Translations under genes and position numbers: made by a program | Source: a candidate division FCPU426 bacterium | Lineage (GTDB): Bacteria; Oederibacteriota; PGYV01; Palsa-1178 | Length of the DNA stretch: 64,000 nucleotides | Direction of reading: 5' to 3' | Assembly: GCA_963840035.1 (NCBI GenBank) | Contig: CAWIXE010000001.1 | Location: forward strand, 332,503 to 396,502 | In this document: one piece after another, positions 28,629-38,830 of the stretch | Layout: the number at the start of each line of letters is the position of its first letter | Position numbering within the stretch: position 1 is the stretch's first letter | The notes under the pieces: model-generated | The model's input: only the letters and a program-made list of their open reading frames with translations | Told to the model about the DNA's origin: nothing | Databases searched by the model: none

Positions 28629-29089
28629 TTGCCTGCACCTGTTCCCTTTAAAATTGCTTTTTCTATTGAAGCTCCGAGCCTTTTGCGGTCGTCCGCCGTG
28701 TACGCTGACGGCCCGCTTATCCTCGGCTTGCCTTTTTTAGCGCGCATCGCTTTTTTTTCAATTGCCGCGATGTTTACTTTTCTTTCCAGTTCGTCCTCGC
28801 CGTAAATCCTGCCGCGCTGGCTTACCACAGTCACGCCTTTTGAAGCCAGAAATAACGCGAGCCCCGTATCCGAGGTAACCGCTATGTCGCCTTTTTCAGC
28901 GAGGTTCATTATCTTTATATCAGCTTCCTGCTTGCGGTTGTCCACAAGCACTGTCATGTCCGCGCCGATATCGTTTTCCGAGTAATGCGAGACGCTCATT
29001 ACAAAGAGCGTCTTTATCCCGTGCTTTTTTGCCGCCGCTGTTATTGCGTCCTTTGCCGGCTGCGAATCAGCGTCTACGATTATTTTCAA
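28625..29089 (-). CDS. YaiI/UPF0178 (DUF188) family protein
   Basis: MKIIVDADSQP...GDIAVTSDTGLALFLASKGVTVVSQRGRIY matches the DUF188 pattern. Confidence 0.6.
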   Translation of the reverse strand: MKIIVDADSQPAKDAITAAAKKHGIKTLFVMSVSHYSENDIGADMTVLVDNRKQEADIKIMNLAEKGDIAVTSDTGLALFLASKGVTVVSQRGRIYGEDELERKVNIAAIEKKAMRAKKGKPRISGPSAYTADDRKRLGASIEKAILKGTGAGN

Positions 29090-29092
29090 AGG

Positions 29093-30115
29093 CTACTTCT
29101 TTTTGTCCCTGCTGAATCTGGTAAAACCTGAAGCTTCAATAACTTCAAACTTGCCCAGTTTTTTCATCATCTTATCAAGCAGCACGTTCATGCCGAGCGA
29201 ATCCGATGATATATGGCCGGCTATTACGGCGTTTAACTGCGCCTCTTCTATGGCTTTCTTATGGTCTGCCGAGAAATGCATGCCCACGACCGTGTCCACG
29301 CCTTTATCGCACAGTTTTTTATAAACATCAGCCGGCCCTTCTGTCCCGCCTGTCATGTCCACGAATACTTTCTGCACCCTGCGGCTTTTATCGCCCACAA
29401 GGATAACCGGCGGAGCGCTGCGCTTTGCGGATTCCGCGTACTCAGGCTCCTCATAAAGCATGTCCATTATGTCGGATACCCTTTTTGGCTTTTCCTTATC
29501 AAACCTTTCCTGAAGGTATTTCACCACGCAGTTATCCGCGGGCGTATGCATGTTAAATATGGATAAGTTCAGCAGTTTTGCCGCGTCAGCTGTCTGATAG
29601 TGGTTTGAAGGCATGAAGCGCTCGTTGACGTCCCTCATCCTTTTGGAAAGCATGGATTCGGCCGACGAGATGGTAACGCCGAATTTATTGAAGATGTCTG
29701 ACTGCATGTTCATAACGTCAGTGAATCCGGCGGAGGCCTTGCCGCTGGGATGGTGCGCGAAAACAGCGTCTATCTTTTTTCCTTTTTCATTGAGCCTGTC
29801 GGCCAGCACAAGCTCGCCGACTTCCATGTCTATGCCGGCTATGACGCACTTGATATCCTTGCCCGAGTCAAATATGATGCGGGAGTCATTATAAGGGTTG
29901 GTAAGGCATTCTTCGTCAAAATACTTTTTTTCTTTTTCGGAAAGGGCTTCATATTTTTTTTTCTGGTTTTTAAGGTATTCATTAACATCCGCGGCGCTGC
30001 GCGGGTCCATGGAGATGCCTATTTCAACTGCCGCTGAGTAAAGTTGTTTTAACTTCATATCGCCTCCGGTGTTATTGTTGATAGTAGATTGTTGATTGCG
30101 GATTAAATTTCTCAA
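29093..30115 (-). CDS. Nif3-family dinuclear metal-centre protein
   Basis: KIDAVFAHHPSG (cf. the conserved ...THHP motif). C-terminus AGHISSDSLG (cf. GHY-TE--G). Confidence 0.5.
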   Translation of the reverse strand: MRNLIRNQQSTINNNTGGDMKLKQLYSAAVEIGISMDPRSAADVNEYLKNQKKKYEALSEKEKKYFDEECLTNPYNDSRIIFDSGKDIKCVIAGIDMEVGELVLADRLNEKGKKIDAVFAHHPSGKASAGFTDVMNMQSDIFNKFGVTISSAESMLSKRMRDVNERFMPSNHYQTADAAKLLNLSIFNMHTPADNCVVKYLQERFDKEKPKRVSDIMDMLYEEPEYAESAKRSAPPVILVGDKSRRVQKVFVDMTGGTEGPADVYKKLCDKGVDTVVGMHFSADHKKAIEEAQLNAVIAGHISSDSLGMNVLLDKMMKKLGKFEVIEASGFTRFSRDKKK

Positions 30116-30155
30116 TGAACCTGTTCATTAATCCGCATTCTTCAATCCAAAATCT

Positions 30156-30725
30156 TCAATTACTTACGTACTTATTTCCCTTTATCCAAAACCTCCACTT
30201 TAAGTGAAGGCCGTTCTTTATCCCTATCCTGGAGCCGCGTAAAATAATCACTTTTTCCTTTTTTCCTTCAGCCACGTAAAGCTCGTTGCCCAGCAGTCCT
30301 GCGTGGTTTTGTTCCCTGCTAATCCCAAGCGCCTGCGTCAGTTTGCCCGGGCCGTTGGTGAGTTTTTCTATGATTGCGGTCCTGCGTAATTTTTTCATGG
30401 TCTCAATGCCCGATACAGGCTCCAGCGCCCTGATAAGAACCGCGCCTGCTGTCCCTTCTTTTTCCGTCACTATGTTAAAGAGAAAATGGTTCCCGTAACA
30501 AAAGTAAACGTAAGCGACAGCGGGAGGCCCGAACATTACGGAGTTTCTGGGAGTTTTACTTTTATAGGCGTGGCTTCCGGGGTCATTTTTTCCGGTGTAA
30601 GCTTCCGTTTCGACAATTTTACCGGCCAGGATTTTTCCCTTGTATTTTCTTACCAGGTATTTTCCCAGGAGGCTCCTTGCGATTGTAACCGTGGGTTTTT
30701 CATAAAACCCGGGTTTGAGCTTACG
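30156..30725 (-). CDS. mpg: DNA-3-methyladenine (methylpurine) glycosylase, Mpg/AAG family
   Basis: I translated upstream of the ORF-track Met and obtained ...KLRKLKPGFYEKPTVTIARSLLGKYLVRKYKGKILAGKIVETEAYTGKNDPGSHAYKSKTPRNSVMFGPP..GPGKLTQALGI. No in-frame ATG is present at the 5' end, so the start is probably non-canonical and unresolved. Confidence 0.65.
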   Translation of the reverse strand, partial: RKLKPGFYEKPTVTIARSLLGKYLVRKYKGKILAGKIVETEAYTGKNDPGSHAYKSKTPRNSVMFGPPAVAYVYFCYGNHFLFNIVTEKEGTAGAVLIRALEPVSGIETMKKLRRTAIIEKLTNGPGKLTQALGISREQNHAGLLGNELYVAEGKKEKVIILRGSRIGIKNGLHLKWRFWIKGNKYVSN

Positions 30726-30744
30726 TAACTTGTTTGCCGTTTTA

Positions 30745-31191
30745 TTAACCCTTCAGCATTTCTTTTAATATGTTGTTAATCCGCCCGCCGTCAGCCCTTC
30801 CCTTGACCTTCGGCATTACCACGGCCATGACTTTTCCCATTTCTTTTATAGTCGAGGCGGCGGTCGATTTGACCGCCTCCTCAACTATTGTTTTAAGCTC
30901 GGCGTCAGAAAGCTGCTCGGGAAGGTACGCTTTAAGGATGGCCATTTCCAGCTCTTCCTTGGCGATCAAGTCTTCCCTGCCTCCCTTTCTGAAACTCTCG
31001 ATAGATTCCACATGCGATTTTGCGAGCGATGCTATGACATCTATGACCTCTGTGTCGGAAAGGTCCTTCTTTTTGGCGACTTCCTTTTTCATGACCTCGG
31101 TTTTAATCTGCCTTAGGCAGTTCATCCGGGTCTCATCTTTGGCTTTCATGGCTTCTTTTAAATCGCTGTTTATCTTTTCGAGTTGAGTCAT
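30745..31191 (-). CDS. GatB/YqeY domain protein
   Basis: The YqeY pattern runs along its length (...TEVMKKEVAKKKDLSDTEVIDVIASLAKSHVESIESFRKGGREDLIAKEELEM...). Confidence 0.7.
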   Translation of the reverse strand: MTQLEKINSDLKEAMKAKDETRMNCLRQIKTEVMKKEVAKKKDLSDTEVIDVIASLAKSHVESIESFRKGGREDLIAKEELEMAILKAYLPEQLSDAELKTIVEEAVKSTAASTIKEMGKVMAVVMPKVKGRADGGRINNILKEMLKG

Positions 31192-31195
31192 ATGC

Positions 31196-31387
31196 TTATA
31201 CCCTTCTTTTCACTTTTTTCCTTTTCTTGCTCGCTGCCCACATCTTCTGCTTGCGCTTGACTGAAGGCGGTTCATAGAATTCCCTTTTCTTCATTTCCTG
31301 GAGAATACCCGCGTCCTGGACTTTTTTCTTAAAGCGTTTCATCGCGTCGTCTAAGGACTCGTTCTCCTTGATAAGGATCTCTGTCAT
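31196..31387 (-). CDS. rpsU: 30S ribosomal protein S21
   Basis: [48 protein letters not shown]... Confidence 0.85.
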   Translation of the reverse strand: MTEILIKENESLDDAMKRFKKKVQDAGILQEMKKREFYEPPSVKRKQKMWAASKKRKKVKRRV

Positions 31388-31443
31388 TTAAATCATCACC
31401 CGTCTTTCTATTATGAATTTAAGTTCTTTAATTCAACTTTGAC

Positions 31444-31509
31444 GTCATTGCGAGGAGCCGCTTTTATATTTATGGCGACGAAGCAATCTCTTCCTTACAA
31501 CGCAATGAC
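31444..31509. repeat. Family D palindromic element, short variant (GTCATTGCGAGG...CGCAATGAC)
   Basis: It shares the outer arms and the GACGAAGCAATC core with the full copies at 39569, 48501 and 52879. Confidence 0.55.
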
Positions 31510-31892
31510 AACTTAAAACCACACAAATAAAAAAGTAGCCTGTCAAGTATGCAAAAATCACGGGAAAACCCGCGAAATACTTAACAGACTGGTGTTACAG
31601 GTAAATTATACACCATAGAAAACGTAAGTCAAGTTTATTCTATATTATATAGGGGCTTTTCCAGATATTTCCCACATTAAGAAACTGATTTCTTAATATG
31701 AAACAAGCTATTTTGTTCCATATTTTAAAGGCCTTTGTATGGTTGTTTGTATAGATTTGTTCGCATCTACTAACATTTGGCGTCATCAGAAAAAAAATTA
31801 TATTTTGAGTTAAATTTGAATTCAACAGGTTAATGATGTATATTTTATACAGGGCATCCCTGAATCAAACCTATCCTTTATGGAGGTGTTTT

Positions 31893-32345
31893 ATGAAAGT
31901 TTATCTTGTCCAGCACGGCAAAGCGGCTGATGAAAAACAGGATCCCAACAGGCCGCTGACGAAAGAGGGCGTCGATGAAACAAAATCAGTGGCGCAGATA
32001 GCGTTGATGGGCATGATAAGGCCGGCCATGATATTCCACAGCGGAAAGATCAGGGCCATGCAGACCGCGGAAATATTTGATGACGCGCTGAAGCCCTCCA
32101 GGGGCGTGCATGAACTTGATTCCATGGCTCCCAACGACGATGTTTTAAGGGCTCTCGAAGTGATAAATTCCGAGTCCATTGACATCATGCTGGTGGGCCA
32201 TCTGCCGCACCTGTCAAAACTTGTTTCAAAACTGGTGACAGGGGATGAAAAAAAGAAAATTGTGTCATTTAAAAACTCAGGTATTATTTGTCTTGAAAAA
32301 CAGGAGGACTCATCCTGGGCAATAGTGCCCCTGGTTTTTTATTAA
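31893..32345 (+). CDS. sixA: Phosphohistidine phosphatase SixA (histidine phosphatase superfamily)
   Basis: MKVYLVQHGKA...RPLT. The start at 31893 is preceded by a GGAGG ribosome-binding site. The ORF-track start at 31833 is an N-terminal over-extension. Confidence 0.65.
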   Translation: MKVYLVQHGKAADEKQDPNRPLTKEGVDETKSVAQIALMGMIRPAMIFHSGKIRAMQTAEIFDDALKPSRGVHELDSMAPNDDVLRALEVINSESIDIMLVGHLPHLSKLVSKLVTGDEKKKIVSFKNSGIICLEKQEDSSWAIVPLVFY

Positions 32346-32365
32346 TCCAGAATTTAGAATTAAAC

Positions 32366-33766
32366 TTACTCAATAAATATCGAGCTCTTAATTACCTTTT
32401 CCATATGGGGGTATGAGGAATACGTCGCCATAATCCTTAAATTAACCCCGTAAGTATTCCCGCTTTTTAAAATAGAACTGTATACCGCGGGGATATCCCA
32501 TTCTATCGAATTCCTGCCCATCTCCAGACCCGTTGAATTGCACACCTCAACGGGTTTTACCCCGTCGTCCGGCGGGACCAGTTCAATGCATACATAACTT
32601 TTTTCCGTGAGCATGAAATCAAACCTCAGCCTGATTACGTCCTCTATTTTTGTGCTTCTGACGGTAAAATCCCTCGCGTCGCTGCCTATCCAGAAATATT
32701 GCGCGGATTCTTTGTCGGAAATAAATACCTGGCCGTAGTGCTTGTAAATGGCTATACCCGTCGGGTTCTCAAACTCATAGTCATTATTTCCGTATTTCCC
32801 GAACTCCGCGATGAAGCGCAGGTCAGGCGAAAATTTATATATCATGGAGTTTAAGGTGTCCACTATGTACACGTTGCCGTAATAGTCCTGTTCAAGCGTC
32901 GTTAAGAAGACATTCCTCCCGAGTATTTCATTGACCCTGATGGACTGAAGGAGGTTCCCGTTAAAATCAAATTTCTGCATCCTGTTGTTGTTGCCGTCTA
33001 TTATGTAAATGCAGTTCTGCCTGTATCCGGTGTAACGCTCGCCGTCATCGCAAACACATATACCCTGAGGGTTTAGAATCCCTTTTTCCTGCCCGATTGA
33101 AGCTAGGTACCCTCCGGACTTGCCGAAAAGCTGTATCCTGTTGTTCCCGGAATCGGAAACATAAATCCTTCCTGCTGAGTCAAGCGCCACATAGGAAGGG
33201 TTGAGGAACTTCCCCTTGTCGCTGCCCTTGCCGCCGATGGTCCTTATGAATTTTACTTTTTTTCCGTTGTTATAATAGCGTACTATCCTGTTGTTTCCGG
33301 TATCGGCTATGTAAATGTCCCCGTACTCGTTGCAGGCAATGCCCTTTGGGTCAAGCATCTCTCCCTCTCCGCTTCCGCGGCCGCCAAATACGGCGAGCGT
33401 GTGCATTGACGGGTTATAAATGACCTCTCCCCTGCCGGAATTTACCCCATAAACGGTCAGCTGCCAGTCGTCCTTATCCTTGTTTATCTTGCCGTAATCC
33501 TTAAGCAGTTTGGTGCACGCCAAATCCTGCGGCCCGTCAAAAAAAGTCCTGGTCCCGAGGAAAAGTTTTAAATGCATCTGGGTGCCTTTATGTATGCCAA
33601 AAGGGGTATGCCAGAAACTCGGGTAAATGAGGGTGGTGGGCTGGTCCATGACCGTGGTCATCTTGTTCTCGTCATCCTCCGCCGTGGAGGCTTTAGTGTC
33701 CTCCGCGAGAATAAAACAAGATGATGAAATAATCAGTGATAATATAAGCAGCAGCCTTTTTAGCAT
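32366..33766 (-). CDS. Secreted NHL-repeat beta-propeller protein
   Basis: Signal peptide. NHL repeats IYIADTGNNRIVRY, IYVSDSGNNRIQLF and VFISDKESAQ. Confidence 0.65.
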   Translation of the reverse strand: MLKRLLLILSLIISSSCFILAEDTKASTAEDDENKMTTVMDQPTTLIYPSFWHTPFGIHKGTQMHLKLFLGTRTFFDGPQDLACTKLLKDYGKINKDKDDWQLTVYGVNSGRGEVIYNPSMHTLAVFGGRGSGEGEMLDPKGIACNEYGDIYIADTGNNRIVRYYNNGKKVKFIRTIGGKGSDKGKFLNPSYVALDSAGRIYVSDSGNNRIQLFGKSGGYLASIGQEKGILNPQGICVCDDGERYTGYRQNCIYIIDGNNNRMQKFDFNGNLLQSIRVNEILGRNVFLTTLEQDYYGNVYIVDTLNSMIYKFSPDLRFIAEFGKYGNNDYEFENPTGIAIYKHYGQVFISDKESAQYFWIGSDARDFTVRSTKIEDVIRLRFDFMLTEKSYVCIELVPPDDGVKPVEVCNSTGLEMGRNSIEWDIPAVYSSILKSGNTYGVNLRIMATYSSYPHMEKVIKSSIFIE

Positions 33767-33791
33767 CCTTCACCCTGAATTGCATTTTTTT

Positions 33792-34105
33792 GTAGAGACA
33801 CAGCTTGCTGTGTCTCGCATTTAACGCCTGGAACCCAACGTCTGAGACGCAGCCATTCGATATGTATATGTCATGAGAGTATTATAGGACTCATGGCATA
33901 TGCAAGCTGCGTCTCTACAGAAAACTAAAAACACTACATTAACCGTTTATGTATTTCGTAGAGACACAGCTTGCTGTGTCTCGCCTTAACACCTGGAATC
34001 CAACGTCTGAGACGCAGGCAAGTCTGCGTCTCTACAGAGAACTAAAAGAACACTACATTAACCGTTTATGTATTTCGTAGAGACACAGCTTGCTGTGTCT
34101 CGCCT
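33792..34105. repeat. REP/BIME cluster (about 2.5 tandem units of roughly 120 bp)
   Basis: Forward REP GTAGAGACACAGCTTGCTGTGTCTC. Inverted REP GAGACGCAG...CTGCGTCTCTACAG. The first unit carries a roughly 50 nt insertion in the hairpin loop. The spacer AACTAAAA.ACACTACATTAACCGTTTATGTATTTC is conserved. Confidence 0.6.
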
Positions 34106-34130
34106 TTCAGTCCGCGTCCCTGGCAGAAAC

Positions 34131-34961
34131 CTAAAAATTATACGACAAACTAACGCCGTTCATCGCGGGCGTAAATGATACGTTCTTGGGCATGTCAAGG
34201 TTGTTTATGACTTTTCCCGTCACAATACCTATCACCGCGCCCAGAAGCACGTCCGATGGCCAGTGCGCGCCCCTGTAGATACGCGCGATCCCTGTCAGCG
34301 CTGCGGCCGGATATGTGATCCATCCTATGTCATACCTGTCGCCAATTATCGTCGCGGCCACAAATGCCGTTGTGGTATGCCCCGAAGGATACGCCGCGTC
34401 GTCAAACGTAAACCAGGTGAATGCAAGTGAGTCGTCAGTCTGCGACGGCCTTTCCCTTCCGCAGATTATTTTTATTACGTTTGTAATGGCCCCTGCCACC
34501 GCAAGCCCTTCAACCACGCTCACGGCGGTTTTCTTTTCTTTCTCCCCGCCGAGAGAAAATAAGAGGGCGTCCCCGGCAAGTACAGTCAGACCGTCGCCGC
34601 CGCGGTTGAAAATATCAAAAAAAGTGTCTTTAAATTTATTTGGCCCTGACCTTACTGTTTTTGATATCCACAAATCGTTTTTAATCAGAAGGTAAGTGGC
34701 CGCCCCGAACCCGGCCGTAATTAATCCTGTTTTTAAAGGGTCCTCAATCACCGCGCCGCCGATAGCCTTAAAATCATCAAAAAAAACGCGGTTCCATATG
34801 GTATCCTCCGCGAAAACAGAAGAATAAAAAAACAATAAAACCAGTATTGTTATTATTTCATACTTCAGGATAGAAGCTCCGGACTTTTTCATTTGTTCTT
34901 TATGCCCCACTTTTGACTTTTGAGTTTTGACATTTGACTTTACCTGCAGCCCGCCACTCAC
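34131..34961 (-). CDS. PAP2-family membrane phosphatase
   Basis: Motifs KIICGRERPS, YPSGHTTTAF and RIYRGAHWPSDVLLGAVIG. Confidence 0.7.
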   Translation of the reverse strand: MSGGLQVKSNVKTQKSKVGHKEQMKKSGASILKYEIITILVLLFFYSSVFAEDTIWNRVFFDDFKAIGGAVIEDPLKTGLITAGFGAATYLLIKNDLWISKTVRSGPNKFKDTFFDIFNRGGDGLTVLAGDALLFSLGGEKEKKTAVSVVEGLAVAGAITNVIKIICGRERPSQTDDSLAFTWFTFDDAAYPSGHTTTAFVAATIIGDRYDIGWITYPAAALTGIARIYRGAHWPSDVLLGAVIGIVTGKVINNLDMPKNVSFTPAMNGVSLSYNF

Positions 34962-34979
34962 TACCCACCACCCACTCCG

Positions 34980-35579
34980 CTATTTGTAAAGTTTCTGTTC
35001 CTTTATATACCCGCTCACCTTTGCCCCGAGCTCCTCGGTGCAGTCCTCGCCGCTTCTTAACCTGAACCTGATGTCTGTTGAGGATATGTGTATGAGCCCG
35101 GTGTGCGCCCAGAAAGCCGCGTTGGTGAGCTTCTCGAGCTTTTTGGCAATCATGTCCTTGGTAAAGCCCGCCCTGGGGAAAACTATGAAGTCTATGAGCG
35201 ATACGAGCTCCTGCGATTTTTTCCATGTATCTATGTGGAAGAAGGCGTCCGAACCTATGAGAAAGTGTATTTTTGCCTCCGGGAATTCCGTCCTGAAATG
35301 TTTTATGGTATCTATGGAGTATGATACCGACTTTTTATTTATCTCGTAATCCGAAAGTATGAAGTCCTCGTTGCCGTTTATAAGGAGCTTAACCATCTCC
35401 ATCCTGTTCTCGGCGTCCATTACGTTCCTGGGTTCCTTGTGTGGCGGGATGTAAGCAGGCACGAAAAATACCTTATCCAGGTTAAACTCGGTTTTTGCTT
35501 CCTTTGCCAGGGCGTAGTGTCCCATGTGGGGAGGGTTGAAGGTCCCGCCGAATATCCCTATGTTCTTATAGTTAGCCAC
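34980..35579 (-). CDS. nadD: Nicotinate-nucleotide adenylyltransferase
   Basis: IGIFGGTFNPPHMGHYALAKEA. Confidence 0.8.
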   Translation of the reverse strand: MANYKNIGIFGGTFNPPHMGHYALAKEAKTEFNLDKVFFVPAYIPPHKEPRNVMDAENRMEMVKLLINGNEDFILSDYEINKKSVSYSIDTIKHFRTEFPEAKIHFLIGSDAFFHIDTWKKSQELVSLIDFIVFPRAGFTKDMIAKKLEKLTNAAFWAHTGLIHISSTDIRFRLRSGEDCTEELGAKVSGYIKEQKLYK

Positions 35580-36831
35580 GTATCTGCCCGCTTCCCCTTA
35601 CTATGTACTTCTCAGAGGTAAGTTCATTTAATCCCATGGGCCCGCGCACGTGGAGCTTCTGGTTTGAGATTCCCATCTCGGCGCCGAGCCCGAATTCAAA
35701 GCCGTCGTGCAGGCGCGTCGAGGCGTTTACAAAGACAGCGGCCGAATCCACCTCGGCCTCAAAACGTTCCGCTGCTTTTTTATCCCTGGTGATGATGGCG
35801 TCTGAGTGGTGCGAGCCGTACGTGTTTATGTGGCTGATGGCCTCGTCAAGCGACGCCACAACCTTTATATTAAGTTTTAAATCATTGTATTCTTTCCTGA
35901 AATCCTCATCAGCCGCGTTTTTCGCCGTAGGAAGGAATTTTTTAGCCGCTGCTTCGGCCTTTAACTCCACATTCCCGTTTAAAAATTCCTTTTCCGCCAT
36001 AGGCAGGAATTTTTCAGCTATGTCCTTATGCACCAGCAGCGTCTCCATGGCGTTGCATGTGGAGGGCCTCTGTACCTTCGCGTTATATGATACCTTTATT
36101 GCCATTTCCAGGTCGGCCTGCTTATCCACGTAAGTGTGGCATATGCCCGCGTCATGGTATATTACCGGTATCATGGAATTCTCCGCGACAAAATCAACAA
36201 GCCCTTTTCCTCCGCGCGGGATTATGACGTCTATGTAGTCCTTTAATTTGAGCATCTCGGCTATCGCGTCCCTGTCCGTGGTTTCCACGACTTCGACGCA
36301 CCCTTCAGGCAGCCCGGCTTTTACAAGAGCTCCGCGTATTATTTTCCCGAGGCACATGTTGGAATTATAAGCGTCGGAACCGCCGCGCAGTATCACGCTG
36401 TTTCCTGATTTAAGGGTAAGCGATGAAGCCTCCACACCGACATTGGGCCTTGATTCAAATATTATGCCGACCGTTCCCAGGGGCATCCTGACCTTCATTA
36501 CCCTCATGCCATTCGGGCGTTTTACGCTTGATGTTACCTTACCCACGGGGTCAGGCAGTTTTATGACGTCCTTAACAGACTTTATCATGGTGTCTATGTA
36601 TTTGTCGTCCAGGGTAAGCCTGTCTATGAATGCTTTGGTAAGGCCGCTTTTTATCCCGGCTTCTATGTCTTTTTTATTCTCGGCGATAATTACAGCCCTG
36701 TTCTTATCAAGCTCTTCTGCTATGGTGTTTAAGGCCGCGTTCTTTACCTTGGTGGCTGTCTTCATCAGCACATAAGACGCGTCCTTCGCCCTCTTTGCCT
36801 GTTGTAGTATCTTTTCCTTAATGTCCGCCAT
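35572..36831 (-). CDS. proA: Gamma-glutamyl phosphate reductase
   Basis: An aldehyde-dehydrogenase-family protein with the ProA pattern. It overlaps nadD by 8 nt. Confidence 0.85.
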   Translation of the reverse strand: MADIKEKILQQAKRAKDASYVLMKTATKVKNAALNTIAEELDKNRAVIIAENKKDIEAGIKSGLTKAFIDRLTLDDKYIDTMIKSVKDVIKLPDPVGKVTSSVKRPNGMRVMKVRMPLGTVGIIFESRPNVGVEASSLTLKSGNSVILRGGSDAYNSNMCLGKIIRGALVKAGLPEGCVEVVETTDRDAIAEMLKLKDYIDVIIPRGGKGLVDFVAENSMIPVIYHDAGICHTYVDKQADLEMAIKVSYNAKVQRPSTCNAMETLLVHKDIAEKFLPMAEKEFLNGNVELKAEAAAKKFLPTAKNAADEDFRKEYNDLKLNIKVVASLDEAISHINTYGSHHSDAIITRDKKAAERFEAEVDSAAVFVNASTRLHDGFEFGLGAEMGISNQKLHVRGPMGLNELTSEKYIVRGSGQIRG

Positions 36832-36840
36832 GTTTCATCC

Positions 36841-36960
36841 TTTTTGTTTTGTAAAACCTTAACCCTTATCCTCATCCTTATCCTAAGCCTGTAGCTCTTG
36901 CTTTTAGATCTAAGGCTAAGTGCTAAGGGTAAGGATTAAGTATAAGGATAAGGTTCTTCC
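36841..36960. repeat. Family C CT-rich palindromic repeat, single diverged copy
   Basis: TAACCCTTATCCTCATCC...AGCCTGTAGCTCTTGCTTTTAGATCTAAGGCTAAG...AAGGATAAGG. Related to the tandem array at 38110-38830. Confidence 0.55.
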
Positions 36961-36969
36961 TAACCCTTG

Positions 36970-38091
36970 TTAAAAGAACTTCTGTATTATCTCATTTGAT
37001 ATCAAAAAGCCCTTCCTGGTCAGGCTGAAGCTTTCGCCGCTTTTATTAGCCAGCCCTTCGTCCGCCAGTCTGGCTACAATATTACTATATTTTGAATAAA
37101 AATCATATTTAAAAATCCTCTCAAACTCCTTAAAATCAATCCCTTCGCAGGTACGGAGCTTGAGCATGATGTATTCTTTCCGGGAGTTTTCCGGGGTCAC
37201 GGTTTCCGTAATATCCGCCGGGTCGTCGGATTTTTTCAGCCTTTTAATATACTCCGCGGGTGACGTTGTATTTGTGTACCTTTTGCCCTGGAAAAACGAG
37301 GAAGCTGCCGAGCCTATGCCTATGTATTCCCCGGAATCCCAGTAGTTAAGGTTATGCACGCATTTCTTTCCGGGCATGGCGAAGTTTGAAATTTCATACT
37401 GCTTGTATCCGGCTTTTTCAAGCTCTTCCGCGCCCCTTAAATACATGTGCTCTAAAACCTCTTCATGCGGCAGGTTTAAAAGCCCGCTCTCCGCCTTTTT
37501 ACCGAAAGGCGTGTGTCCGTAAAGGGTCAGCATATAAAATGACACGTGCTCCGGCTTTAACTTTATCGCCTCACCTATGTTGTGGAGCACGTCAGCCGTG
37601 GACTGCCCTTCTACACCGTACATAAGGTCTATATTTATGTTCTTTATATTCTGTTTCCTTAAGAGTTCATAAGCGCTGTATATGGCCTTGGTGCCGTGTA
37701 TCCTGGTGAGCTTTTCCAGGAACTTGTCGTGAAAACTCTGGCACCCCAGGCTTACCCTGTTTACATTCGCTTCCAATACCCTGGCTTTTCTTTCCGTAAT
37801 GGTCTCGGGGTTTGCCTCTATGGTGATTTCCCTGAGTTTCTTCCTTTCAACCATGCCGTATATACCGGTAAAAAGCGAATCAAGCTGCTTGTCGGTGAGC
37901 ACCGTGGGCGTCCCGCCGCCGATGAATAAGGTATCGAATGATATTTCAAAATTATTCCTGTAATACTTAAGTTCCCTTAACGCGGCTTCTATGTAGTCGT
38001 CGGCCAGGTATATGACATCGTCATAAGAGGAAAAATCGCAGTACTCGCATTTTTTGACGCAGAAAGGGATGTGCAGGTAAAGGCCGGGCAT
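36970..38091 (-). CDS. hemW: Radical SAM HemW/HemN-like protein (heme chaperone / coproporphyrinogen oxidase-like)
   Basis: CxxxCxxC motif YLHIPFCVKKCEYCDFSSY. The start at MPGLY (38091) has a GGAG ribosome-binding site. The longer ORF-track start runs into the repeat array. Confidence 0.75.
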   Translation of the reverse strand: MPGLYLHIPFCVKKCEYCDFSSYDDVIYLADDYIEAALRELKYYRNNFEISFDTLFIGGGTPTVLTDKQLDSLFTGIYGMVERKKLREITIEANPETITERKARVLEANVNRVSLGCQSFHDKFLEKLTRIHGTKAIYSAYELLRKQNIKNINIDLMYGVEGQSTADVLHNIGEAIKLKPEHVSFYMLTLYGHTPFGKKAESGLLNLPHEEVLEHMYLRGAEELEKAGYKQYEISNFAMPGKKCVHNLNYWDSGEYIGIGSAASSFFQGKRYTNTTSPAEYIKRLKKSDDPADITETVTPENSRKEYIMLKLRTCEGIDFKEFERIFKYDFYSKYSNIVARLADEGLANKSGESFSLTRKGFLISNEIIQKFF

Positions 38092-38109
38092 ATTTACTCC
38101 TTGTGTTTT

Positions 38110-38830
38110 ATATAAAACCTTAACCCTTACCCTCACCCTTATCCTTAGCCTGTAGCTCTTGCATTTAGATTTAGAGCCAGAGCCAAATGCTAAGGTTAAG
38201 AATTAAGGATAAGGGTTAAGGTGCTACTTAACCCTCACCCTTAGCCTGTAGCTCTTGCATTTAGATTTAGAGCCAGAGCCAAATGCTAAGGTTAAGAATT
38301 AAGGATAAGGGTTAAGGTGCTACTTAACCCTCACCCTTAGCCTGTAGCTCTTGCATTTAGATTTAGAGCCAGAGCCAAATGCTAAGGTTAAGAATTAAGG
38401 ATAAGGGTTAAGGTGCTACTTAACCCTTACCCTTACCCTTAGCCTGTAGCTCTTGCATTTAGATTTAGAGCCAAAGCCAAATGCTAAGGTTAAGAATTAA
38501 GGACAAGGGTTAAGGTGCTACTTAACCCTTACCCTCACCCTTAGCCTGTAGCTCTTGCATTTAGATTTAGAGCCAGAGCCAAATGCTAAGGTTAAGAATT
38601 AAGGATAAGGGTTAAGGTGCTACTTAACCCTTACCCTCATCCTTATCCTTAGCCTGTAGCTCTTGCATTTAGATTTAGAGCCAGAGCCAAATGCTAAGGT
38701 TAAGAATTAAGGATAAGGGTTAAGGTGCTACTTAACCCTTACCCTCATCCTTAGCCTGTAGCTCTTGCATTTAGATTTAGGCCCAGAGCCAAATGCTAAG
38801 GTTAAGAATTAAGGATAAGGATTAAGGTGC
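38110..38830. repeat. Tandem array (about 7 copies, period about 95-102 bp) of family C CT-rich / AG-rich imperfect palindromic repeat
   Basis: Unit TTAACCCTTACCCTCACCCTTAGCCTGTAGCTCTTGCATTTAGATTTAGAGCCAGAGCCAAATGCTAAGGTTAAGAATTAAGGATAAGGGTTAAGGTGCTAC. The copy number of the CCCTTACCCTCAC sub-block varies. Confidence 0.7.

Noticed and set aside
38110-38830. Second candidate CRISPR-like array
   Set aside because: Same reasoning as above. Units are near-identical with a variable internal sub-block and no unique spacers.
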